Source of the DNA: Phoronis australis
Lineage: Eukaryota; Animalia; Phoronida
DNA: 64,000 nt
NCBI GenBank assembly: GCA_002633005.1
Contig: NMRA01000268.1
Location: 254,585-318,584 of the forward strand
Direction of reading: 5' to 3'
A model generated the notes under the pieces. The model was given only the letters and a program-made list of their open reading frames with translations, made no database searches and was not told the DNA's origin. Below are positions 25,384 to 38,307 of the stretch, piece after piece (positions within the stretch are counted from its first letter, which is position 1; every line of letters begins with the position of its first letter). The translations under genes and the position numbers were made by a program.

Positions 25384-26584
25384 CTGCAACAACAACAGAA
25401 TCATAAACTAAGGATTTTCGCACAATTTTTACAGTTAGACAACCACTAATACGGTAAAATTTCTTCAAATTTGAACTCAAATAATGACCAAAACTGTCAC
25501 TTTTTCAGTTTTCCAATGCTCAGTGCATTGACAAAAATGTTCATAATTTCCATTGTTTGTTGATGACAGCGGGATTACACAAAGTTTTCGAATAATGAAG
25601 TAAAATTGTGTTGAACATTTACTCATGTTGAAAATTGTGATATAATTAAATTTCATTGTTCCACCATATTGTGTTCTAATTTGAAGAACCTCTACTGTAC
25701 CGGCCCCTATTGGTGAAAACACAGTAAGATAACTTCTGTTATCAGGGAATGTCAACTGGATAGGCATGAAATATCACTTTGCATTCAAGCTGTCTAGACA
25801 ACAGGTGTCACTATTCATGAACTGACTAATCAGATGCTGTAGAAACCTGACCGAGTAAAAAACAAACAGACAATGAAACAACATCAACAGAGTAACAATG
25901 ACAGTACAGCAAATCATGGTAATGTAAGAGACGAAGAAATCAGAGGAAAGAAGCATTCAGTGGTTGTGTAATAAAACAATTATAGACCAATCCCTTGGTC
26001 ATATCAGGTCACATGGACCTCCACAGAGCAATATTGGTCTTGCCCGGCTCACATGACCTGATCTCAGCCTCATGATTGGTCCATATTTGTACAATAACAT
26101 CCAAAAAAGCTACACCATGTTACATTTGCCAAAGGAGTTCTCAGACAAAATTGAGGTATTCTGATATTAACAGAATTTTGTTTCAGACACCTTCACTGTC
26201 GAAAAAGTAATCACCAAGACCGCATTCACAGAATACAACTAAACACATACCTAAGGCACATCAATGAATAAACTCAAATCATCTTCAATGTCGGACAAGT
26301 TACAATTTAAAGTAAACCCAGCAAAGTCTAACACCAAATTCACAGCATACATTTAAATTAATAAGAACTAATTGGTGACCCCAGGGATACATACTTGTTG
26401 TGTAAGGTGAGTACTGGGAATGTGCCATTAGAACAAATTATGCTATAGTTGTGTGTATGATACATAATCTCCACAATTGTACAGGGCGCACATTTGAAGC
26501 TTTGGCTAAAGCATGGGTCACAATTTTCAAAGCCCAGTGGCACAACTATTTCCAAATACATGATTAAAACAATGCATTCTTCAC

Positions 26585-26708
26585 CTGATTGACAGCGCAC
26601 ATGCGAGCTATTGAGCCAATGTTGTTAGTGATCATGATTAAAACAGCTCGTGCGAGGTCTTCCTTTGTTGCTAAGTTACGCTTCTCTTTGAGCATCATTT
26701 GTCCGAAG
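26585..26708 (-). CDS. PANK: Pantothenate kinase exon
   Basis: cag|(S)[41 protein letters not shown]|gtgaag. Confidence 0.96.
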
Positions 26709-26931
26709 CTGTAACATTATAAGACGACTAAGCAAAATGTACTCTTTGAGTCAACTTCTGTGCTAGAAACCACCAACACTATCAAGATGACTAAATTTCT
26801 GAAGGCTCCCTTATTTTTGTATAGAAGGTTTCCAGATCACAAAAAATACAAGTTATATCATAAGGATAAATTAACACATGAAAACTGATGTTTCTTCAGA
26901 AATAATATGGTACATCAAAATGCCGACCATA

Positions 26932-27192
26932 ATGGGGAGACTTTTAAGTACCAACACAACAACTGATCATGTGGCACCAGGTATCAGTGACACTCAGGAT
27001 AAGGAGACAATTTCACTTTAGTTTAAAATACATCATATCTAATCACATGCACTGTAAAAGCATCTTTTCACAAAGTCAAAATATTTGCCTATACCACGCA
27101 GTGAGAAGAAGTACCTCCTGGTACAGCCATGTGGTGATATGAGTCACCGGTGCTGCGTGATCAGCCTCTGTTGCTTCCTGAAAGTCTCCCAT
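26932..27192. mobile_element. ~265-bp MITE, copy B
   Basis: ATGGGGAGACTTTT ... AAAGTCTCCC|AT; aligns along its length with 23059-23323. Confidence 0.65.
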
Positions 27193-27759
27193 TAGATGGA
27201 AATGCTATAACAAAATATGACTTGATTCTTTTCTCATTATTTTCTACAAACGTAAGGCAAACATTTTCAAAAATCCATCCAATGTGATTATGAAATCAAT
27301 CCGGCAACAAGAGGGGAGAAACTCGCATTTGAGGTAGAAAGGATCACAAATATCTGATGTGATAACATTACTCTGCTGGCTCAAGCCAACCTAATTAAAA
27401 AATCAATCATTGAAAGCAGCTGTAAAACAACCCTCAATCACAAAAAAAACTTTTGATATAAACTACTACCGTTGTAAAATTGGTCACAAGTTGTTTCTTA
27501 GATAAATTGGGCTTTGAGAGCAGACTGTACCAGGCAAATCTCCTTATGCACGGAGCATGGTCTCACTGAAAAATGAAGTGCCAATTATTTACAAATCCAG
27601 AAACTTCACATCTGATTAAAGAACATGACGAGACCAACTTTTCTTACCAGAGGTAAATGGTCTAAATTAAAAGTTTGTTTCTTATACAGAATGCAGACTT
27701 GTAGCCGTTTCAATAAATAGAAGATTCCAATCCAGTTCTAATCATGTCCCGGGCCATAC

Positions 27760-27936
27760 CTGCTAGCTACAAGATCACCAGAGAGTGAAAACCTTTCATA
27801 GTCGCCACCATAAATATCTTTGACAAGTCGGTCCACATTGTTACTGTCACCCTTACTGGCCAAGTCAATGGCCTCTTCGAAACTGTCACAACCGGTCAGA
27901 AGACAACACAGCCCTAAGAATGTACCACCACCTAAA
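27760..27936 (-). CDS. PANK: Pantothenate kinase exon
   Basis: cag|(S)[58 protein letters not shown]|gtatgg. Confidence 0.97.
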
Positions 27937-28833
27937 CTGGAAACAAATGAACAGCAATGATAAGAAAAGCAACAAAGAGCAATTGACATGGGCCCACTGT
28001 TAGCAACACATACAACACAGACCCACGGGATGGCCATTATTTTAAACATTTACACTAGAGGCAGCAATACTATCTGAACTAAAACGGCCTCTAGGGGGCG
28101 CAATGTTGAATTCCATAAAAACTGGCCAATCACTTTGGAAAATACCGAGGTGGATATATTTAATTGCAGCACAAGTGGCGTTTGTAATTGAAAAATAAGA
28201 GCTAAATTTCAGACTTAGTTTTCATAGCCCGTCGTGTTTAAAATTATCCAGAAAGAATGTTGCCATGAACAGAAAGTGGCTATACATCCACCTCTGCACC
28301 TTATTCTCCAAAATACGATTAGCTGGTCATAAAAGTCTGGGTGCTATGGCAACAGCTATTGTAATCCCCACCTCCAAGATGTATTCATAGTGTCCAGTAA
28401 GGAAATGAGATGCAATACCCAATTATAGCTTTTTAAGATGCTGAAGCACAAGAAAATAACAAAATAGCTACTAGTGTACACCACAGTAGTCAGATCCATC
28501 AAAAATCAATGTCAGTTAGCGTACTCTTGTCAAAATTATACAAGACTGCAACTCACATCTAATAAATGCCATGAATTTTTAGCTGAATTACTTTCGTCGC
28601 ACATTAATTGTTTAGGCAACCAAGATTCCCAATTATCGAAAATTTCAGATATTCATGTCATGACTTCATCACAACAGTAAAATTCACAAAAGTTCAAATT
28701 TAACAAGAAAGCAGATTTTGTCCAAGAACGTCAAAAACTCTTGTCTTATGATTTTAAAACCCGAGAGAACAAACTAGAACATTTCTAAAAAAGTTTGTCT
28801 GAGTTAAGAGATGACGTAACTTACATTACAAAT

Positions 28834-29069
28834 CAAAAGTATTCAGACAAAATGACTTGGAATTCCCTGGTAATGACGGTTTGACAGAAGCTGAACTCAT
28901 CGTCAGAGTAATCTTACCATATCACTAAGAATGAACAGGAAAGTTAGAAAGGTGAGTAAACCCTTCTACAATTAGAATTTTGCCCCCTTATAGTTATTAC
29001 CAGTCATTTTTGCTGTTAACAAAATTATCCGTCATGATGGGAAAACAGTATTTTGTCTGATTACTTTTG
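28834..29069. mobile_element. Small fold-back MITE
   Basis: CAAAAGTATTCAGACAAAAT ... ATTTTGTCTGATTACTTTTG, plus inner inverted atgacgg/ccgtcat. Confidence 0.6.
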
Positions 29070-29090
29070 TCTTGTGCTGTACATATGTCT

Positions 29091-29455
29091 GACTTGAGCC
29101 AGTTTTACAGTTCACCACCCCTACTACTCAACAGTACCTTGAGCCAGTTTTACAGTTCACCACCCCTACTACTCAACAGTACCTTGAGCCAGTTTTACAG
29201 TTCACCATCCCTACTACTCATCAGTACCTTGAGCCAGTTTTACTGTTCACCACCCCTACTACTCATCAGTACCTTCAGCCAGTCTAATTGTTCACCACCC
29301 CTACTACTCATCAGTACCTTCAGCGAGTCTAATTGTTCACCATCCCTACTACTCATCAGTACCTTCAGCCAGTCTAATTGTTCACCACCCCTACTACTCA
29401 TCAGTACCTTCAGCCAGTCTAATTGTTCACCATCCCTACTACTCATCAGTACCTT
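29091..29455. repeat. 45-bp minisatellite x8 abutting and including the PANK splice donor
   Basis: agtacctt recurs every 45 bp (acctt at 29136, 29181 ... 29451). Confidence 0.97.
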
Positions 29456-29694
29456 GTTCCACTGACTCGTGAGTACTTGTTCTTGGAATGTACTGCAAGC
29501 ATGCTAACCCCTGACCCTATGTTGACCACGAGATATGGGTATGGGTCACGGAAGTCAAACGGCGTCTTCTCACACACTCCCTTGGCATCTTTGAAATAGT
29601 AACACTCTGGGGCCCTGTTCTGACGGTCAATGAAGTGAATGCCTTTAATAAGGGTGTCAAGCTCATCAAGCTTCCATAATCTTAAGTTGAGTTT
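29453..29694 (-). CDS. PANK: Pantothenate kinase exon
   Basis: tag|[80 protein letters not shown](S)|gtactg. Confidence 0.96.
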
Positions 29695-32600
29695 CTACAA
29701 TGAAAATTAGAAGCAACATGAATGTTATTCAGCATATGGCCTCAAAATAGGGAGAAAATAAACAGGGTTGAAATCATAAATCTGGATTCCCATGGAGGAA
29801 TACTGAATGAAATCTCTTTTTGCAGACAAATGAAGTGTGTGAAACAAAGGAGATGTCAAAGTAATTTAAAATAAGAGAACATTTTTGTTCATATGCGAGT
29901 CAGTAAATACATTAGAATCCTCGCAACACTTGGCAGTGAACTGCTTAACAGGGTTACAGGGGTGTAGCTTCAATCCATGTATAGAAATTTGAGCAATGCA
30001 CGCAAATTGGAGAAGCCATAGATAACCGACAAAGATTTATACATGAGTTACCACTCTTCATGACCCAGGTAAGTGCTCACAATCAATAAAATTCAATTCT
30101 ATCATTCACTCTACTACACCTGCTGTACGGTACAGTAATTCTTCACTAAATTAGGACACAATATGGCCGACAAGTGAAATTTCGTTTTTTTCATTAAAAA
30201 CAAATTATAGCATTTCAAATAAATGATATATCATTTAAATACTTTGCCATAGCTACTATCAGACAATGTTTCTGAGAAACTGTAAACATAGACAACGATG
30301 CTAGATGCCATTGAAAAATGAAGAAAAACCAAATTTGTCGATCATTTTTGTTCGAAATTATTTAAATTTGACCCTATTTAGCACATGATATGGCACACAA
30401 GTGAAAACCAAACATCAAATTTCTCAACAAAATACAAACAATTAAAATTTAAGCCTATTATTAGCTTAGTTTGCTCTGAGTAGATATCACAAAACAATAA
30501 TTTCTTTTATTTGAAACAAGGTAATCAGCTTTTGAAAAATACAAGAAAGACAATTATGGCAAACGTTTTTTTACAAAACTGAATGTATGAAGAAGTAACT
30601 ATTCACATCAGTGCACCTATTGTATGACTGTCACCAAGTCAAGAACTCACATGCTGCATTTTTCTTAGATTCTCTGAACTTTGGGAAATTTCTCCCTTAC
30701 AAGAACAATAAAGACTTGACGACGAATGACGTACGGAAACACAATACACGTGTCATAGTAGACAGTAAACCAACTTTGAATATGAAACAGTTTGGAGTCA
30801 GAGCTGATGTACTGAATAGATACATAGATGTTAACAATCAGTTCAAATAATTACTGTTTCACCTAGAATAAAGAAATTTCATTCCAAGCAGACGATGTTT
30901 CAGAAATTAGTAATAACATTTTCTTAGTATTGATCGTGCATATCTTGGGTAGTGATCTTATAGCATTGCCATTTAAAATCTCGGCCACTCAGCACTAATT
31001 AGGTCAAGTCGAACTTTCAACGGGAAAAAATCAACTTAGAGGTGGGAAATCTTCCCGTTGAAACAATCAACAAACTCCATGCGATCAATGGTGCTAGCAA
31101 GCACGATTAGGGACGCTAACCTGCCATATAAAGAAATCAAACCAAAGGATTCCACCCCTTAAAACATGAACCACAACAACGGCACGATGGCTCTGCATGG
31201 ACTTAAAATGTTCTCACTTGCAAATAAATAGGAAGGCACATGCATCATATTCTCTTTATGGGCAATAATTCTGACTTTTTCATTATGCAAAATTCTGCTT
31301 TTACTTATAATTTCCTTACCAAGTACCATAGGTAATTATTTTGATGTTTTTACCCATGTTTCCATTGTCAGTGAGTTCAATGGAGCTAGTTTACAGGTGA
31401 ATAAATCGTAAATTTGCATTATTTATGTAAATTAAAACCGCTTTTATTCAAAAGCCTGCTTGTGCTTATAGCTAGGATAAAAGGTGCCACAGGTAAATTA
31501 TATTGATATTTTCTCAAATATTTCTATGGTCAATTAATTCAATAAAATCAGTGTGCTAGTTGTTGCATGATAAATTTGCATATTTTATGCAAATAATGGC
31601 CACCATTATCCAAAATTTTGTTTCTATTCACGACTGCCACACGGGGGCACTTCATATAAATCACCTCCGAGTCGATATTTGCAACCATGTTTTCGTGGTC
31701 CATGAATTTAATGAAATCAGTTTGCTAGTCATTGCATCTTACACTTGCAGAACTTATAACTTATGCAAATACGAGTAGACATTATTCATTTTAAATGCTT
31801 CTCCTAACAGATACAATTAATGCAAATATGAAATATGCGTGCGAATCAAACAACTGCAATTAATTACAAGGTTTCCATGTTTCATGTAATTCATTCTAGG
31901 ACACTGTTTAGCTAATTAGTCAGTATTGTGTAACCAAGGGGTGGAAGCTGAACGTGCTCTTTACACAATGACCAAGTTTTGTGGACCAGATTCCAATGTC
32001 ATGCTTTTATATTCTAGCCGCGAATTAGGGACACGACCATGTAATCTAGTAGTCTTTTGGAAATCAATAGACTTTGATCATCATCTATGGAGTCTTTTCA
32101 GTGTGTGTTTGTTTGTGTGTGTGTGTGGAGTTCAGGGGTGCGTATCTGTGAATTTGTACTGCAGGTTAGATATCTTTGGGTACAGAATTGGAGTTTACGG
32201 GACCGCAGCTTGATTCTAGATGTGTTGCCGTGGAATTGTTTCCACCCCTTGGTTATGTAAGCAACAAAATCATTACGGCAGTTCAGTAGCAATTAGCCAA
32301 CCGATACAGGCAAGATGACTTCTGGATGCATGACATGATATGGCTTGTGAATTGTGCGTAATTCTATTAAATGCACTGAAAGTGGACCCAACTCGGATAT
32401 TTAAGAGCTTGTTGAAATGAGAGCGATACAGCTGGACTTTTTGATGACATTTATTATCCATGTTATGATTTTCAATTTTCAATGAACACAATTTCTGTGG
32501 CCGGGAGTAGCCAGTTCGGCACTTCTGTTTATGCTTAGTAAATTTCACGAATCCTATCGATTTTTCTGTGAAAGTCAAAACTTCAACACTAGATTTTGAA

Positions 32601-32741
32601 ATTAGCAGATTCCAAGAACGTTTTCATTCTGATAGCATTAGCATAACATTAAACATTAATATATAATATAATGCTTCTAATATAAAACTCTATATATAAT
32701 ACTGTGATGAATTTCAACTTTTGCATTTCAATAGCATTATA

Positions 32742-32972
32742 TAAATCGGTAATTAAAACAACAAGAATGGATCAACTGAAATTTGAAATTTTCAGATGTA
32801 ATAACTTCCTTTGTTTTTGTTGACAAAGGAAGTTATTACATTCGAAAATTTCAAATTTCAGTTGATCCATTCTTGTTGTTCTATTTACCGATTTATATTC
32901 ATTTCATGAAACAATAGTATCCTTGGGAGGATCTGGATCGCCTTATTTAGTTTCAGATATATTTTCTACGTT
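32742..32972 (+). mobile_element. Penelope-like non-autonomous fold-back insertion (copy 1)
   Basis: 12-bp direct repeat AATAGCATTATA at 32730-32741 and 32973-32984, a ~160-bp palindrome, and a tail gaggatctggatcgcc...ttttctacgtta shared with 55311-55680. Confidence 0.72.
32816..32855 (+). ncRNA. Minimal type I hammerhead ribozyme (Penelope-type)
   Basis: TTTG-TTGACAA-A-GGAAGT(TATT)ACATTC-GAA-AATT-T-CAAA: stem I TTTG/CAAA, U3-A8 core variant, an imperfect stem II, and palindromic AATT stem III. Confidence 0.6.
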
Positions 32973-35900
32973 AATAGCATTATAAAATGCAGTATAATAT
33001 AATGTGAAATCTATAACATATATTTACACTCAATGCTTTGATAATTTTATGTAGTCAGTTAAGTTTTATCAATTTTTACCTGTTTTACAGTGGACTTCTT
33101 TAAATTCTCTTTAATGTGTTTTTATTCTTTTCTGTTTACGCATCTTTAATAAGATTTAACCTTATTCTAATATTGGTAGTAAAAGTTCTCCATAGACTAT
33201 AAGCGGTTATCATGTACGCTACATTTTTGGTTCCCTTTTAAGATACACAGCCTCATCACAGTTATATAACATAGGAAGGAATGAAGTGAGGCCAACGTGC
33301 TTGTCAACAGACCCGCTTTTGGAAGGAACGTCTTGGTTTTTGAACGTTTCTTCCGCCATACTGTTCCAACACCTAAATGTCTCGCTTTTTGACATACACC
33401 GCAAATGACTTATTACCATTTATCATTGTGATTAACTATGCTGTTCGAGCGTTTTCTGGTGCTTCATCCTTGCCTTTTGGCATAAACCCAAATGTCCCAC
33501 TTTTTATCAGGATGTTCTACTTTTTCAGTCCAGATGTGCCATTTTTTCACTTTCGAATGTTGGCAACTTTATGACATACCTAAGGAGTTGCGAGGCTGTC
33601 ATTGAAAATCAGTCAACGAAATGCCACAAGTCATGCTACTAACCATATATATCAAAGGGAATGTGAAGCACATAGTCAAAAAAAGAAGAAGCAGTGCTGA
33701 AGATTCAAACTACAGCCAACCAAGTATGAAAGTGCGCTGCCCACCTAGTCCTACATTTGCATTGTTGATACCGTGGCAACGACGTTATGCAAAAATTTAA
33801 ATCTCATCAGATGAGAATGTGTTATCAAATGAAAAATAAATGAAAGACGAGGACATCCAAGCTTCACGCAACTATCAGTGAGTAGTATAAGATGCCTGCG
33901 ATGTGTGGAATGATGAATGGGACAAGTGGAAATACGTGGCATGGGGGCACTCTCTGCTGACGCACAATGTCACAATAATTGCTTGCTTTCAACCTTTGAA
34001 AAGCTTTTAACTTCTTAATTTTGATACATGTTTAAAAAAGTTATACCGGTAAACAAAAATATGATTGTAAGATTAAAGTTGCATTTCACCTTATTTATAT
34101 AGTACAGCCACTGAATTATTAGACTTCGTCCGGTCTGCCTGAGCGTGACCAGGGGACAGACCGGAGAGTGAGGCGTGAATCAACTGTGACAGATGGCGTT
34201 AGCCTACGCGTGACTCTCCCCGGAGCTTACCACGAGTTAGGCGTGAACGAAGCGTGAGTGCAGCGCGAGCCAGACGTGAGCCCTACATGAGTTTCCCTGC
34301 CTTCTCTACAGTCGGGACAATCATTATTGCTATTGTCACTCGTTTAGCACGACTAGAACAAAGTACTGTAGTATCGTATTTCAAGAAACATTTCTCGGTG
34401 CTGGAATAGTAAACAACTGTAAGAACTTTGACAACATCGGTAAGAAATTCCCTACTGCGTCTGCAATGTACCGGTATATAGTACTGGTCAGCTATCCCAT
34501 TCTATATGACCATTACGCAATCTAGTATACTATACAGTTCATTAAAACGTGTGGATGCACAGAATGGCCCACTTACTCAACTGGAAGTCAAAGCATCAAG
34601 AAGCGTAAAGTGAGTAATACTATCTTTAATGCCATAAAATCAACACAATTAATTATCAGAAATGTATCATAGATGTGTAATGAATTGCATGAAGCATTGT
34701 AGATTAGTAGATTTATTATTTGACATTTATTCTTGTTATATTACATACAAACTGAAAACTGAGTATTATTTCTCATTGATGTTCATACTGGTAGATCAGA
34801 GGCAATAGTGCCGAAGTACTACTTAGTAGATTGATTTTAGTGCAGGTTTCTGACTGCACTTGAGAGCTCGCATTACTCTCTAGTAGTGCCATGAAGGTCA
34901 CGTTTACATAAACTCAACAGGATATACAATGTATACTGATCCTGGTTATATGAGAGAGCTTCGGCTTTCAAAGTCTGAATTCAAGAGTGCCGCTTTCAGT
35001 GAAATGGTAACCGTGCGTTTGCCTTCACATAAAAAACGATACCAAAAACTTTGAATGAAAATAGACCAACTGCCACAAAAAACAGCTTCAACAGTGAAGA
35101 TCAAATCACGTGCTAACTTACACACATACTTCTTTCTGTGTAGGCTATTATATCATCATGTAAGGCCGCAACAGGGATTGCCACTGAGCCGAGGGGTTAC
35201 GTGTTGCCTACAACTTCTGTGTTCCAGTCTATGATTCGGCCATCCAGAAAATATAAGACGAGATTTTAGGGATAGGAATACGTTATTTGGTTTCATTTCA
35301 TTTGGATTGATGTGATAACTGATAATCAATTGTTTTAGGGATAGTTAAATAATTAAGCTAGCAGATCACAAGATAATTTAATAGATTTTGATTTTTTATA
35401 AATTGCACATTCAGTTGTACCCACTATCATTCCAAATCAAATCTTGAGCCAGTTCATCTGATGTTTCAAATGTATCAATCCTTCGATTAATTGGCCTTTT
35501 GTCGTCCACCTGCTCATCAATTTATTTTGTAAATGATATTACTATAGTGGTTGTTTTGTCATCCATCTTAGTTACTCATCATTTATGGTTTAATGTAAGC
35601 TATATCATACCTCGCACATGTCTATTTTCTATGACTATTTCGCACTCTTTACAATGTATACAGAGTGCACCAAAATCCAGTGATATACTTAGCCCACTCG
35701 CCCAGTCGATTAGATATTTCATGGACATCACTAAGCTATCAGAACTGTTAACCTTTTCGTGTAATGTGCAAATATTTTAGCTGAAATTACTTTTGCATCG
35801 TGCTTGATATTTATCACATGCGTAACTTGTCTTGTTATGGATAAACCAAGGGGTAAACTGTATGAGAACTTTTCACTCAGTCAGCTTTTCAACTGGCATT

Positions 35901-36265
35901 TTTTCAACTGTAGTTCACCCCCCGTAATTTACCACCAGTAATCTGTCTACAGAATAGAATGATATCAACTTTAGATATGCATTTGGGAAACTTCAGGCAA
36001 TGACAGTGACGATTTCATTATATTTCACTTTCCAATCAGTTAACCTGTAGTAACATAACATTTAGCATAAATTAACGATTAAATCTACAATTGGCCAGCT
36101 CGACCAAGTATCCAGTTGTTGGTTTTTCAAGTGACAGCATCAACATCTTGAAGTAATCAGTTCTCAATGTATACAAAGACAGGGGAAAGTAAATGTAACC
36201 AGTAATGTGGCATTCCACCATAGTCCCCTACTACAAATTGTTTCTGTTGACATATACAGTTTCAG

Positions 36266-36532
36266 GGGTCTGTTTCATAAAAGTAACTAAAAGATAGAAA
36301 CTCAGTCTTACGCTCCCATTTCACGATTGCTGTATAAAGATTTGGTCAAGTAATTATGAGTGCATCACAGTCCAAAACTAATTTATAAAAAATTATCTCA
36401 GTAACTAACAGTGATGTGTATATTCTCATAGAATTTTGCTCACGTGAGATTCAACTATTTTTCGGAAATCCTTACGTGGAGCGAAAGGCCAAATACCTTT
36501 CTCGATCTTAAGTCACTTCATGAAACAGACCC
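36266..36532. mobile_element. MITE (Harbinger-like termini)
   Basis: GGGTCTGTTTCATAAAAGTAACT ... AGTCACTTCATGAAACAGACCC. Confidence 0.7.
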
Positions 36533-37428
36533 GAGGACTTAACTTCTCACTCGTTTATATTTGTTTTTCAAATAAGCATAGCAGCAATGTTGACACACGT
36601 GAGTCTAACGGAAAAATTCAATTGTCTTCACGGTAAGCTACAGCATAGCGCATGAATTCTGCACGCATTTATCCCGAATTCAGCCATCACGCGGAGAACG
36701 TGATCATGACCATTTGTCGAGTCAGAGAGGTTACTGCTATTATTATTTTAGTAAAGAATTCCCCCGGGACTACGTGGGCACAAAATACTAAATGCATGGG
36801 GCTACACAAAACCCATACAAGGGGTTTGGGACTTAACATGCACTCGCAGTAACGAATGGAGATGCTACATGTACATGCCGTCAGCTGCAGAAGCGAACTT
36901 ATCGAAATTTTCTGTTCCACGAAAAGTGTGGTGCATGAATCCACGGAGTAACGATACATGAGTAGTGAGTCAAGATGCGATGGCTATTTTTAGAGCGAAT
37001 TAAGTATATCCAGCTGTGATGAGTTTCATGGAGTCCCCCAGCCATGTAAACATCACTGTGAACGCAAGTAGAGGGTCTCGTTGGTTCGTCTTAACTTCAG
37101 GCCACTAAATAGTCTAAGTCTTTACTCACCACGGTTAAGTCGTTGATGGGACATGATTCGGAGTAATAAATTGGACTGCAAAAATTTCCATGCCATAGGA
37201 GTTAAAGGAGTTCGTTTGATTGACAAATATGAGAAATTATGGAGTTTGTCAGAACTCAGTGAATAAGATGCCAAAACAACGGATTACTGTACACACATAT
37301 CTAGATGTTACTTTTATTAGCCTGGTGCACCATCACGGTATGTTACCACAGATACAAAACTGGCAATGGAGAATACCGCAACTCATGAGCCAAGACAACT
37401 CATGAGCCAAGACTACTGCACACATTAC

Positions 37429-37781
37429 CTGCATCAGTTCATCTTCAAACTTGAATGCCCCTCCCCCTGTTGCACACACTGTATCAGCCAAGCTGGGGAA
37501 GTGTTTTGCCTTGGCCATCTCAATGAATGCATGCATATCATTGGTTGGAAAGCGTATGAAGTGAAGTGTGCCGTGACGTCCGCCCAAATACTGTTCCCTC
37601 ATTTCCAGATGAACGTCCCTGATACCTGTCTTGCCATAAGCAGTGTTGAGTGTCAGGTATTTACGAATGATCTTCACTGTCTCCAGCTCTTGCTCTTCCT
37701 CAAGTCGGTCCAAGTCCAGGGGCTCAAAGTAAATGAGTTTGGTCAGCGTGCCCCCAATGTCCATGCCCCACCACGGGAAGG
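37429..37781 (-). CDS. PANK: Pantothenate kinase (type II, PANK1-3/fumble family) exon with the ATP-binding DIGGT motif
   Basis: ttttccag|[20 protein letters not shown]...[14 protein letters not shown]...LHFIRFPT...[16 protein letters not shown]|gtaatg. It is 353 bp and phase-consistent with all downstream exons. The upstream first exon was not identified. Confidence 0.97.
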
Positions 37782-38307
37782 CTGGAAAACAGTTACAGGA
37801 GTCGCTCATTTTGAGAACTGGTTATCAAAATATGGGACATCTTTAAGTGACTAATGCCAGAAAATAAAATGTAGCTGTAGATGGTATCGTGACAAAGTGT
37901 TTTTGGAAAACAATAACAACGCTGTCTACCCACTGTGGGCAATTGTGAAAAGGAAGGAAAAATTTACTTATTTAATTTTTGGATAAACTCTCTTCTAAGC
38001 CTATTAACATACCTTAATTACATTCTAGATTACTTAAATGTCTGAAGAAAATAATGCCATGCCAGCCTCGCCAACTGTCACAAAGACTGTGTATCTTCTT
38101 CACCTATTTACCACACAACATACTAGACAAAAGAATTTTTCTTCTTTAAATTTCTCAGCAGAAATGAAGATTAAGAAAATGTCAGTCACTCTATTACTAG
38201 CTTGGCTTATACTGTGCAGATGTCGCAAAACAGCATTTGATATTTAAGTACTTTACATATTGTGTGAAGTTAGAGAAGAACTGCTGTAAATCAGTAAATG
38301 TAACTCG

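Noticed and set aside
26476-26487. ATTGTACAGGGC matches nt 7-18 of miR-103/107, in the PANK intron equivalent to the one hosting miR-103/107 in vertebrates
   Set aside because: It is on the strand opposite to PANK, lacks the AGCAGC seed and has no evident precursor hairpin; most likely chance.
27040-27193. Duplicated ~150-nt segment considered as an H/ACA snoRNA pair with 23170-23324
   Set aside because: The H box is not conserved between copies, and both lie within TIR-bounded MITEs.
29067-29465. ORFs on both strands over the 45-bp repeat
   Set aside because: Open only because the unit length is a multiple of 3; the region is intronic.
37125-37154. Minus-strand mini-ORF MSHQRLNR followed by a GTGAGT donor
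   Set aside because: It lies downstream of the DIGGT exon, and its phase (1) does not fit the next PANK exon (phase 0).
37782-37809. In-frame ATG (MSDSCNCFP) as the PANK start
   Set aside because: It overlaps a strong polypyrimidine/CAG acceptor at the conserved PANK exon-2 boundary, so it is more likely intronic, although the true first exon was not found.
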